64,000 nucleotides of DNA from an uncultured Prochlorococcus sp. (GTDB lineage: Bacteria; Cyanobacteriota; Cyanobacteriia; PCC-6307; Cyanobiaceae). The notes below the pieces were generated by a model. The model had not been told where the DNA came from. It ran no database searches and saw only the letters and a program-made list of their open reading frames with translations. A program made the position numbers and the translations under genes. Numbering within the stretch: the stretch's first letter is position 1; each line of letters opens with the position of its first letter. Below, in pieces: positions 1 to 8,979 of this stretch. The stretch covers positions 1,759 to 65,758 of the forward strand of contig CACILY010000002.1 in NCBI GenBank assembly GCA_902587615.1. Reading direction: 5' to 3'.

Positions 1-1
1 C

Positions 2-232
2 TGCTGTCCTCATTTTGACGAGGAGCCTTGTCGAGAACCTTACGTAAATAGTATTGTTAAAGAAGGTGTGATTGAAGACTGTATTGCTATTGAAGGTTGT
101 TCTGCCTTGCATGTAAAGAATGAGCAGCCATTTCAAAATATAAGTTTCGGCAAACACAATAAAAATAGTTATAAAATCTCCTTACATGATGAAATTCTTT
201 CTAGGAAATCCTATGAATCTATATCTCTATGA
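2..232 (+). CDS. peptidase E (S51 family), 3' part; gene truncated by window start
   Basis: Hand translation frame 2: CCPHFDEEPCREPYVNSIVKEG...IAIEGCSALH...; CCPH(F/Y)D motif typical of the peptidase E family; stop TGA at 230-232. Confidence 0.7.
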   Translation, partial: CCPHFDEEPCREPYVNSIVKEGVIEDCIAIEGCSALHVKNEQPFQNISFGKHNKNSYKISLHDEILSRKSYESISL

Positions 233-453
233 TATTCCGATTCAACTCGGTATAAATCAGTTTAATCATCAGGTATCGTCAATTAATATAATTATTCTAT
301 CTTTAATTCTAAATAGAATTTTATTTTTTGTTAGATAAGTCAACCTATCAAATATAAATATAATAACTTAATAGTTTGTTTCAAGACTGTTTATTCTAAT
401 GCCTGATAAGTTCTCCAATAGTATAATATTTAAAATGTCTATTCTTATTGTTC

Positions 454-558
454 ATGGAAAATGATTGGCTGCACTTCTCTCAGAAATATTTTTTCAAGGT
501 CATATCGCTCTTAGCAATATTAATTGCCACCATTTTTATTTTGGTAGTAATTCTATAG
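454..558 (+). CDS. putative 34-aa membrane peptide
   Basis: Hand translation MENDWLHFSQKYFFKVISLLAILIATIFILVVIL; one hydrophobic helix; no homology support. Confidence 0.3.
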   Translation: MENDWLHFSQKYFFKVISLLAILIATIFILVVIL

Positions 559-672
559 TCTTATTTTATAGGTTATTATGACAAAATCTCTAGGTAAATA
601 TTATCAGTCCAATCATTATGCTGAAAATATGTGTTAGAATTAATGATAATATAATCTCAATAGCCAATAAAC

Positions 673-3297
673 TTGAAAAGGAAGATGGGAAATTATTCTA
701 AGATTAAACTCTCTGACTATGAGACTTATCCCTTTCAAATTCCTGATATATTCCTGAACTTCACTATCTATGATGAATTCATATATATTATTTCATCAAT
801 GCATATCAGCCCTAAAAGTGATAGCCCAGCAGCATTGATATTTAAAGGATCTCAGATTGAATTACAGAAAATATTAGTTAATAATTCCGAGATTTCTAAA
901 GATTCATATATTCTAAATCATGATATTCTTACAATAAATAATATACCTAATAGTCCATTTACCTTAGATATATATTCTCGTATTAACCCATTCTCTAATA
1001 CCTCTCTAGAGGGCTTGTACTCGAGTTGTGGAATTTTAGTTTCGCAATGTGAAGCAGAGGGTTTTAGGCGTATTTGTTTTCACCCTGATCGACCAGATGT
1101 TTTAAGTAGATACAAAGTTAGAATTGAAGCTTGTAAGGACAAATATCCAATTCTTTTATCTAATGGAAATAAGTTAAATTCCTCATTGATTTCTAATGAT
1201 CCCTCAAGGCACGAGGTGACTTGGGAAGATCCCTTCCCAAAACCATCCTATTTATTTGCTTTAGTAGCCGGTAAACTATCATTAGTTCAGGATAATTACT
1301 TAACACATAGTGGTCGATATGTTTCCATTGATCTTTATGTGGAACCTGGTGATGAACGTTTTACTACTCATGCTATTCAATCTCTTAAAAGAGCAATGAA
1401 ATGGGATGAAGATGTGTTTGGTTTGGAATATGATTTGAATTTATACAATATTGTAGCGATTAGGCATTTTAATATGGGGGCAATGGAAAATAAAGGATTG
1501 AATATATTCAATTCTAAGTTAATACTTGCCGATGTAGAAATTACAACTGATGATGAATTACAAAGGATAGAAAGTGTAATCGCACATGAATACTTTCATA
1601 ATTGGACTGGCAATCGAATTACTTGTAGGGATTGGTTTCAATTATCTTTAAAAGAAGGATTAACTGTTTTCAGAGATCAATCATTCACTTCCGACATCCA
1701 TTATTCAGCATTAAAACGAATAGAAGATGTTTCTTTACTTAGATCAGTTCAGTTTAAGGAGGATTCTGGACCAACTTCCCATCCTGTAAAACCAACTGAA
1801 TATGTATCAATAGATAACTTTTATACAACTACTATTTATGAAAAAGGAGCGGAAATTATTCGAATGCTTCAAACTTTAGTTGGTAAAGAAAACTTTATTG
1901 CTGGAATAAAAAATTATATCAAACTCAATGATGGGTTAGCTGTCACTACAGAGGATTTTGTTAACTCATTAATAGAAGGTGCAACTAATAATGGATACAA
2001 AACGAATTTTGATATTAAACAATTCAACTTTTGGTATTCTCAACCTGGTACACCATCAGTAAATATTATTAGACAATGGGATAGTGAGAAGCAACAATTG
2101 AAATTAACCATTTCACAGAAAATTCAACCAATGGATCAAAGAGCTGATCCATTGCCATTAGTTATACCTATTAAAGTCGCATTATATTTTGAGGATTACT
2201 CACATTTAGAAAAACTATTAATTTTAGATGAGTTTGAGAAAGTATTTATATTAGATGCTTTACCTAATCAATTGAGTAGTCCAATTATTTCAGTTTTCCG
2301 TAACTTTTCAGCACCAGTAAAATGGACTACAGACTTATCTCTTATAGAGTCTCAATATCTTATAAAAAATGATAATGATATTTTTAGTAAATGGAATTTA
2401 TTACAGAATTTAGTCCGAGAATTAATACTCTTAGACCAGTCAAATCATAGAAAGAATATATTAGAGGAATCTTCCATTATTCTATTTCGAAACATAATAA
2501 ATAATTATTCTAAGGATACTATTGGTTTCCTTGCTGCAGTATTAAAAATGCCATCCCTATCAGAATTAGAGCTTGATCAAGAAAAAATTGACCCGATATA
2601 TCTATACCAATCCTCTCTTTTATTTTCTTCTAAAATAGCGAATATATTGAGTGATGAATTACATGAGCTGTTAGATAAATGTTATCCATATCGATTTCAG
2701 AAATGGCCCATTGCCATTCAAGAACGTAAATTAATAGAATCTATTTGGAATATCTTGATTTATACAGATAATCATGATATTAAGAATCATATGCTACAAG
2801 CAGTTAGTAGTTCATCAATGAGTCTTTCTCGAGCAGCACTTTCTTCTCTAATTAAAGTTGACTGCCCTGAAAGAGATGAAGCAATGAATATCTTTTACCA
2901 GAGGTGGAAGGATAATCCAATTATCTTGGATACTTGGTTTCTTTTAGAATCATCTATTTATAGAGAAAACTCATTAGAAGTTGTAAATAGATTATTGAAT
3001 CATCATTTATTTGACCCACTAGCTCCCAATTCTCTTAGAGCTGTTTTAGGAGGATTTACTCAAAATATTAGATCTTTTCATGCTCTAGATGAATCTGGCT
3101 ACTCTTTTATGGCCGACCAAATATTATTAATAGATAAAAGGAACCCCATTACAGCTTCTAGGCTTGTAAAAGTATTTAGTAAATGGAAATCTTATGTTGA
3201 ACCTTACTCTTCAAATATGTTCAACTCTGTAAAGCGCTTACATGAGTCTGAGTTGTCATCAAATACTAGAGAAATTATTGAGTTAATGATCAAATGA
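673..3297 (+). CDS. pepN: aminopeptidase N (M1 family)
   Basis: GAMENKGLN and HEYFHNWTGNRITCRDWFQLSLKEG zinc motifs; true start may be ATG at 685. Confidence 0.97.
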   Translation: MKRKMGNYSKIKLSDYETYPFQIPDIFLNFTIYDEFIYIISSMHISPKSDSPAALIFKGSQIELQKILVNNSEISKDSYILNHDILTINNIPNSPFTLDIYSRINPFSNTSLEGLYSSCGILVSQCEAEGFRRICFHPDRPDVLSRYKVRIEACKDKYPILLSNGNKLNSSLISNDPSRHEVTWEDPFPKPSYLFALVAGKLSLVQDNYLTHSGRYVSIDLYVEPGDERFTTHAIQSLKRAMKWDEDVFGLEYDLNLYNIVAIRHFNMGAMENKGLNIFNSKLILADVEITTDDELQRIESVIAHEYFHNWTGNRITCRDWFQLSLKEGLTVFRDQSFTSDIHYSALKRIEDVSLLRSVQFKEDSGPTSHPVKPTEYVSIDNFYTTTIYEKGAEIIRMLQTLVGKENFIAGIKNYIKLNDGLAVTTEDFVNSLIEGATNNGYKTNFDIKQFNFWYSQPGTPSVNIIRQWDSEKQQLKLTISQKIQPMDQRADPLPLVIPIKVALYFEDYSHLEKLLILDEFEKVFILDALPNQLSSPIISVFRNFSAPVKWTTDLSLIESQYLIKNDNDIFSKWNLLQNLVRELILLDQSNHRKNILEESSIILFRNIINNYSKDTIGFLAAVLKMPSLSELELDQEKIDPIYLYQSSLLFSSKIANILSDELHELLDKCYPYRFQKWPIAIQERKLIESIWNILIYTDNHDIKNHMLQAVSSSSMSLSRAALSSLIKVDCPERDEAMNIFYQRWKDNPIILDTWFLLESSIYRENSLEVVNRLLNHHLFDPLAPNSLRAVLGGFTQNIRSFHALDESGYSFMADQILLIDKRNPITASRLVKVFSKWKSYVEPYSSNMFNSVKRLHESELSSNTREIIELMIK

Positions 3298-3355
3298 CTT
3301 TTCTATTACATCAATAAAACTTATCTCCAAATGACATTAATTATATTCTAAAGAC

Positions 3356-3535
3356 TTAAAAGCCTTTACCACTAATTTTAGAAGGTTCCTCTTGAACTCC
3401 TTTTTCTTTATCTTTGTATATAAATTTCACTCCTATTACACACAGGCATAGAATAATAAGAACAACTAGTGCTATCGCTGCTGATAAGTTGAAAAGACTA
3501 GGATTTGTTAACTCTTGATTTAATGCTGAGTTCAT
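3356..3535 (-). CDS. small single-TM hypothetical protein (~59 aa)
   Basis: Hand translation MNSALNQELTNPSLFNLSAAIALVVLIIYACVIGVKFIYKDKEKG...SGKGF; TM helix plus charged tail; downstream of co-oriented 3581-3778. Confidence 0.55.
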   Translation of the reverse strand: MNSALNQELTNPSLFNLSAAIALVVLIILCLCVIGVKFIYKDKEKGVQEEPSKISGKGF

Positions 3536-3580
3536 TTTGTTGGATTTATGGAATATGCTTCTTGTTTGATTCTAAGGTAG

Positions 3581-3778
3581 TCAATCATTCTCTTCTACCG
3601 CTTTTTGTGCGATCTCCTTAATTTTTGTTTCCATTCTGTAATTGCCATGTTTATTTATTCTTGATCCTATAATTGCATTAACTATTGTCGCTACAAGAAA
3701 AAATCCTATACCTAGCCAGAAAACTCTCTCTATTAATAGACTAAAGGGGTTACCAATTATTTCAGAGGATGGGTTCAT
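3581..3778 (-). CDS. small single-TM hypothetical protein
   Basis: 65-aa ORF with a TM segment and charged tail. Confidence 0.6.
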   Translation of the reverse strand: MNPSSEIIGNPFSLLIERVFWLGIGFFLVATIVNAIIGSRINKHGNYRMETKIKEIAQKAVEEND

Positions 3779-4030
3779 AGAAAGCTGATTATTTTTCCAA
3801 TAAGCTAATCGAACAATAATAATAAGAAATAATCCTCTCTAACAAAAGAATTAATAATTTCTTATTCTCCTGTTGGCTGATCTGGTTCTGCGATAATTAT
3901 CTCCCTTTTGATTTCAATGCTTTGCACCATTTGATTAAAATTGAAGTATTATTAATGTTTGTTTTAATATTCATAAAGATTAAGGTAGTTCTGTATCTAA
4001 TTCTTTCCCTTTATATGGAGGAAATTTAAA

Positions 4031-4405
4031 TTGAGTAAACCACTTATTTTTATTTACGATGGTGAGTGCCCATTTTGCAATAAATTTGCTGAGCTGTTGG
4101 AATTGAAAAGTAATATTCCTCAGATAGAGATCAAAGATGCAAGAACAAATCCACCCGAGATACCAAATGGTTATGATATGGATTTAAAAGGGGCTATCTT
4201 AATAAATGGCGATCAGATGTTCTTTGGCTCAGAAGCCATTAATTTAATTTGTTCTAAAATAGATAAACCCTCAGATAGTATTTTAGAATTATTAAGAATC
4301 ATATTCAGCTCTAGAAAACAAGCTAATTTATTATTTCCATTCTTACTAATTTCACGTAGGATTGCATTATTATTTAAGGGGGTACCTAATAAAATACTAG
4401 ATTAG
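4031..4405 (+). CDS. DCC1-like thiol-disulfide oxidoreductase (DUF393)
   Basis: N-terminal IYDGECPFC (DxxCxxC) motif. Confidence 0.85.
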   Translation: MSKPLIFIYDGECPFCNKFAELLELKSNIPQIEIKDARTNPPEIPNGYDMDLKGAILINGDQMFFGSEAINLICSKIDKPSDSILELLRIIFSSRKQANLLFPFLLISRRIALLFKGVPNKILD

Positions 4406-4439
4406 ATTTGTGTGATTCCTTAAATATAAAATCATCACA

Positions 4440-4661
4440 TTAAACATCTATATTTGATCTGGATTCCTGCTCTTTTAAGGCATTATCTAACTCTTCAAGA
4501 TTAGGAATCTGCCAAGATCCAATAGCCTCATTAAGTAAATGGTCTATAATATAATCCGGACATTCCGTCGCCTCTTGTAGTGAATAACATGCTGAATCAA
4601 TTATGTCGAAAAACTCTTCAATGTGGGCTTTATGATCTTGTTTGAATTCAAAATCTGACAT
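4440..4661 (-). CDS. hypothetical acidic protein
   Basis: 73-aa ORF with ATG start and protein-like composition. Confidence 0.6.
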   Translation of the reverse strand: MSDFEFKQDHKAHIEEFFDIIDSACYSLQEATECPDYIIDHLLNEAIGSWQIPNLEELDNALKEQESRSNIDV

Positions 4662-5135
4662 TTAACTATAACTATTAATAGGACAGTTTAGAAAATAGTA
4701 TATCTTATCATTAGAAAATATGATTAATCTTTTTTTTTATTTTGTTATTTATCAATCATTCTTTTTGCTAAATATAATTTAGTCAATTTCCAAATTACAG
4801 ATACCTGCGAATACCTTTATCTATTAACCACTTCATCTCTCCTTTGCCTTTTTAAGGGTTTGAGTGTATCGGTTTCTAACTAATTAAGTCTTCAAACTAG
4901 AAACTGTCTGACTTGCCAGCTCAGTATTAGAGCATCATCGTTTCAGTATTGATTTTTCAGCTGACGTCATCCTTATTAGCCGATTCCCTTGTCAAAACGA
5001 GTAGATTTGAATACATATGAACCACTCTTCTGATGGCCCACTACCTGTAGTGCTTCGTGGGTGTATATAAGCCACTATCTATGGGGCTTGATTTCTTGAT
5101 CTATATCGCTTAGAAATAAGATTCCCCATCACCCA

Positions 5136-5169
5136 GGCCCCGGCGTATTACGCAAGGGTCTATTTTTTT
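5136..5169 (+). terminator. putative intrinsic terminator
   Basis: GGCCC-CG-GCGT-ATT-ACGC-AA-GGGTC stem followed by TATTTTTTT. Confidence 0.5.
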
Positions 5170-5286
5170 GATAATTCTCTGGAACCTATTGAAATAAAAG
5201 GGGTTTAGATATTTTCCTTGGAATGCTTGATCAATTCCGCAAGAATTAATTACAGTTAGTTTGTGGAACCCAAATGATTTAAACGT

Positions 5287-5769
5287 ATGCAAGTCAACGT
5301 AACAGAAACCATTGTTGAGAGATCAAATGGCGAAACAGAGAAGCTTGGAGCCTATTCAGGTCAAGTTCTCTTGATTGTTAATGTCGCTAGCTTGTGTGGA
5401 AATACCCCTCAATACGCAGGGTTACAAGAAATTCACGAAAAATACAAACCAAGGGGTTTCACTGTGCTTGCTTTTCCGTGTAACGATTTTGGGAGTCAAG
5501 AGCCTGGAGGACTGAATGAGATAAAAGAATTTTGTTCTACCAACTTTGGAGTTGATTTTGAGATCTTTAATAAGGTTCATGCTCAAGGGCAAACTACTGA
5601 GCCTTATACGACTCTTAATAAGACAGATCCTGCCGGTGATGTCTCATGGAATTTTGAGAAGTTTTTAATAGGTAGAGATGGAAATGTTATTGCACGTTTT
5701 GGACCCAGTGTTCAACCTTCAAATGAAGACTTAATATCTGCTATAGAAATGGCCTTGGACTTTGATTGA
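5287..5769 (+). CDS. gpx: glutathione peroxidase family protein (Cys type)
   Basis: NVASLCG, LAFPCNDFGSQEPG and WNFEKFLI signature motifs. Confidence 0.95.
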   Translation: MQVNVTETIVERSNGETEKLGAYSGQVLLIVNVASLCGNTPQYAGLQEIHEKYKPRGFTVLAFPCNDFGSQEPGGLNEIKEFCSTNFGVDFEIFNKVHAQGQTTEPYTTLNKTDPAGDVSWNFEKFLIGRDGNVIARFGPSVQPSNEDLISAIEMALDFD

Positions 5770-5772
5770 AGT

Positions 5773-5808
5773 ATAATTGAAGTATAATTTAAATTATACT
5801 TTAATTAT
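5773..5808. repeat. 36-bp near-perfect AT palindrome
   Basis: ATAATTGAAGTATAATTT/AAATTATACTTTAATTAT, one mismatch, no loop, directly after the gpx stop. Confidence 0.8.
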
Positions 5809-6043
5809 CATCTTTAGAAATTACTGATAGGTAGTATTAAATAAAAGTTCGGTTTATATCAGTATAACTATTTTTATGTTATTGTAATATGGATTTTACT
5901 AGTTATAGTCTTGTTAAATGTCTAAATTAAATAAATACTCTGAAACTAATCCTTTAGTTCAGAAAATTGTACTTTTAACTTTTGGATTGGGGCCAATAAT
6001 ATTAATGGGCTGGTTCTTATTTTCTCGCGGCTTTTTTGATTAA

Positions 6044-6502
6044 TTACTCCTTTTGAATTTCTTTAACTACTTTTATCGCTTCTTTGATATGGGCTGGACC
6101 ATTAAGAAGATCTTCGAAAATATGACGAATGATTCCTCTTGAATCAATTATGTATGTAACTCGCCCTTCTAATAATCCTAGAAACTTAGGAACACCAAAT
6201 TGGGCTCTTAACATATTATTATCATCACATAGTAAAGGATATTGAAGATCATTTTTGTTTGCAAAATCTAGATGACTTTGACTGTCTCCATTACTTACAC
6301 CCCAAACCTCAGAGCCTAGAATTTTGAACAAGTCGTATTTATCACGAAAACCGCATGCTTCTATAGTGCAACCTGGCGTATCATCTTTAGGGTAAAAAAA
6401 TAAAACCAGGGACTTATTTTTTAAATCCGTCAGATTCCTTTTCTGTCCAGATTGATCATATAGAGAAAAATCAGGAGCTTTGTCTCCTACCTTTAATGCC
6501 AT
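6044..6502 (-). CDS. bcp: peroxiredoxin Q / BCP
   Basis: FFYPKDDTPGCTIEAC motif; start moved to MALKVGDKAPDF (ATG 6502). Confidence 0.93.
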   Translation of the reverse strand: MALKVGDKAPDFSLYDQSGQKRNLTDLKNKSLVLFFYPKDDTPGCTIEACGFRDKYDLFKILGSEVWGVSNGDSQSHLDFANKNDLQYPLLCDDNNMLRAQFGVPKFLGLLEGRVTYIIDSRGIIRHIFEDLLNGPAHIKEAIKVVKEIQKE

Positions 6503-6764
6503 TAGAAGATAAAAATAATTTAGAATAATGTGAGGGTGATTTAAATTAAGATAAAAGCAATTAGAAAACAAATTATTCCTCTACATTAATCATCATACAA
6601 ATTATAAAAATTATTCGCGAGCATGAAGGTCCATTTATGTTAAGGCTACTATGACTTAGTTTTAAATCATCTTGAAGGATAACTACTAGAATTTCTAGGT
6701 AAATTTTTCTAGACAGGTGATAATGCTCAAGTGATTTCACTCATGCAGTTCACTCTATTTTATG

Positions 6765-6917
6765 CTATTTCTGAAAATGTGGGGTTATTGAAGAGAATTC
6801 AGGCTGATCAAATAAATCTTTAACCACTCTTTGATTCTCAAATCTCATGGAATCATTAATCACATCAAAGCCACAGAGTTGTAAATTACCAACTCGAAGT
6901 AAAGCAATCGAAGCCAT
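6765..6917 (-). CDS. putative 50-aa hypothetical protein
   Basis: Hand translation MASIALLRVGNLQLCGFDVINDSMRFENQRVVKDLFDQPEFSSITPHFQK. Confidence 0.35.
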   Translation of the reverse strand: MASIALLRVGNLQLCGFDVINDSMRFENQRVVKDLFDQPEFSSITPHFQK

Positions 6918-7171
6918 ATATGCTTTAATTTGGAGAAAGGAAAAAAAGAAAAGGACTCTTTTAGTTTTTATGAATTAAACTATAAATACTAACTTTTTGA
7001 ATCAATGATAACTTTTTAGATTCGTATTCATAACTAATATGAGTTGTAAATGAAAGAATAAAATATTTATAATGAATTTAATATTTTATACATATAAGTG
7101 TGATTGATCTAAATGTTAGTATTTAATTCTAAAGAAATTTTAATTAGTATAGAACTAGTGATTTATTCGTT

Positions 7172-7411
7172 ATGCACTTTACTGTTGATGATAATTGCAA
7201 AGAGGAGGACGTCTGGAATCTAATTATGGAGAAACTTTCGCCAGACGTTGCAGCTCTTGTTTCGCCAGCCTCATCAAGTTTTTATAGAACCGAGGATGGG
7301 ATTGAATGCTCAATAAGAAAAGCTAATGGTGATCTAATCGCAAATGGATATTCCGAGTCAGATCGAATGGAAAGAAGACGTTGGACTTTTGATCTTGTGG
7401 AAAATCGATAA
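7172..7411 (+). CDS. hypothetical protein
   Basis: 79-aa ORF with ATG start; more GC-rich than its flanks. Confidence 0.7.
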   Translation: MHFTVDDNCKEEDVWNLIMEKLSPDVAALVSPASSSFYRTEDGIECSIRKANGDLIANGYSESDRMERRRWTFDLVENR

Positions 7412-7513
7412 AGTTACGGTAGGTATTAAAAAAGACGGATTTATTAGCAGTGACTCAATCAATAGATTCTGATTAAAAGGCTTTTGCGTGACGTGAGAGT
7501 CTATAGACAAGCC

Positions 7514-7696
7514 TTATCTACTGGCTTGATAAGCAGGTATCATCATCCCTCCATCTTGATCATCGTCATCATCATTAATAAAACTATTCATTAATTCTAA
7601 GAAACATAATATTGCCAATGGATAGAAGCACCAAGCAATGGCTTTCCATATAGGGAAGTATTCAGGGGTATTTAAAGTCTCTATCATTTGATCCAT
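7514..7696 (-). CDS. small membrane protein with acidic DDDDDQDGGMMIPAY tail
   Basis: TM helix plus poly-Asp/GGMMIPAY tail, recalled as a recurrent picocyanobacterial small-protein family. Confidence 0.75.
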   Translation of the reverse strand: MDQMIETLNTPEYFPIWKAIAWCFYPLAILCFLELMNSFINDDDDDQDGGMMIPAYQASR

Positions 7697-8180
7697 ATCT
7701 TTCTGAAGAACTTAGCCCATTCGGCAGAAAATTGTGTGACGGTTAATACGAAGATCATGATTAGAGGTGCCTGAAAGTATGTTTATACCATCTTTGCATT
7801 AGTGTTTTTGGGAATTCCATCTTGATGTCGAGCTAATAATTATTAATTGAAGAGCTTATATCGAGTTATTTGCGTAATCAGAGCTGTTTTAAAAAGGGCA
7901 AGGACAGTCTCGTCAAAAAGATGTATCCAATGCTTTTGGTTTGTGAAATATTTTATACTTATTAGAAGAAGTATGAAGAGCAGTTAGCTAGTCAGGATTT
8001 TTTCCTCATAATTAAATGAAAGTCATGAGTTTATTCCAATGCTCTTATTAATAGCTATATTTGCATTCTCCTCCATTATATTTATTTATAGCAATAAAAT
8101 TAAGAGAATATACTCCTAGCCTGCAGTTATTTATTATCGGCTTAGGTAAATATACTTGATGAGCTTGTTCGTTTAATTTA

Positions 8181-8936
8181 ATGTCGCCAACTTTTGCTGC
8201 TATTTACTTAGGCTCAAGTGGCTGGATAGTGCAGTTAGGTGATAGGAGAGTATTAATTGATCCATGGTTAAGAGGAACACTTTCTTTTTCTCCAGGTCCC
8301 TGGCTGATAGAAGGTAGGCTGGATAAGGACTTGGAAATCCCTCAGAATATAGATCTTTTATTGCTTACGCAGGGTTTGCCAGATCATTGTCATCCTCAAT
8401 CCCTTCAATATCTCTCAAAGAATATTCCAGTTATAGGATCAGCATCTGCTGCGAAAATAGTCAGAGAATTAGGTTTCCAAGATGTTATTCAGTTGAAGCC
8501 AGGCGAAAACATCAAATGCAAAGATATTCTTGTTTCAGCTTCATCTGGTGCTCTAGTTCCTAACATTGAAAATGGATATATTTTAAACCATATCTCTGGT
8601 TCCCTTTACGTTGAACCACATGGCTTTCTAGATGAAAATATTCAAAATCAACATATTGATGCAGTCATAACTCCAGTTGTTAATTTGGGATTGCCAATCA
8701 TAGGTAATTTTATAAAAGGAAAGACAAATTTAACTAATATAATAAATAAATTTGAACCATACACTATTTTAGCAAGTACAACAGGAGGCGATGCAGTTTT
8801 TACTGGTCTTGTGAACAGACTAATGGTAGTTGATGGAAGTACCTTAGAAGCGGCTAATAAATTTCCAGAGATATTTTTAATTGATCCTATACCAGGGCAT
8901 CCTTATAGTTTAATTACTAATAAAAAGAATATTTAG
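8181..8936 (+). CDS. MBL-fold metallo-hydrolase
   Basis: VLIDPWL, LLTQGLPDHCH and YVEPHG motifs. Confidence 0.88.
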   Translation: MSPTFAAIYLGSSGWIVQLGDRRVLIDPWLRGTLSFSPGPWLIEGRLDKDLEIPQNIDLLLLTQGLPDHCHPQSLQYLSKNIPVIGSASAAKIVRELGFQDVIQLKPGENIKCKDILVSASSGALVPNIENGYILNHISGSLYVEPHGFLDENIQNQHIDAVITPVVNLGLPIIGNFIKGKTNLTNIINKFEPYTILASTTGGDAVFTGLVNRLMVVDGSTLEAANKFPEIFLIDPIPGHPYSLITNKKNI

Positions 8937-8979
8937 ATAATTTCAAGTGTAATCCACTCTTTATCAATAATTAATCTTA

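Noticed and set aside
5110-5292. 60-aa minus-strand ORF upstream of gpx
   Set aside because: Crosses the gpx start, its promoter region and the hairpin/terminator; no protein-like features
8017-8160. Short hydrophobic ORF fragments upstream of the MBL hydrolase
   Set aside because: Only about 26 aa in one frame with no clear start context; cannot be supported
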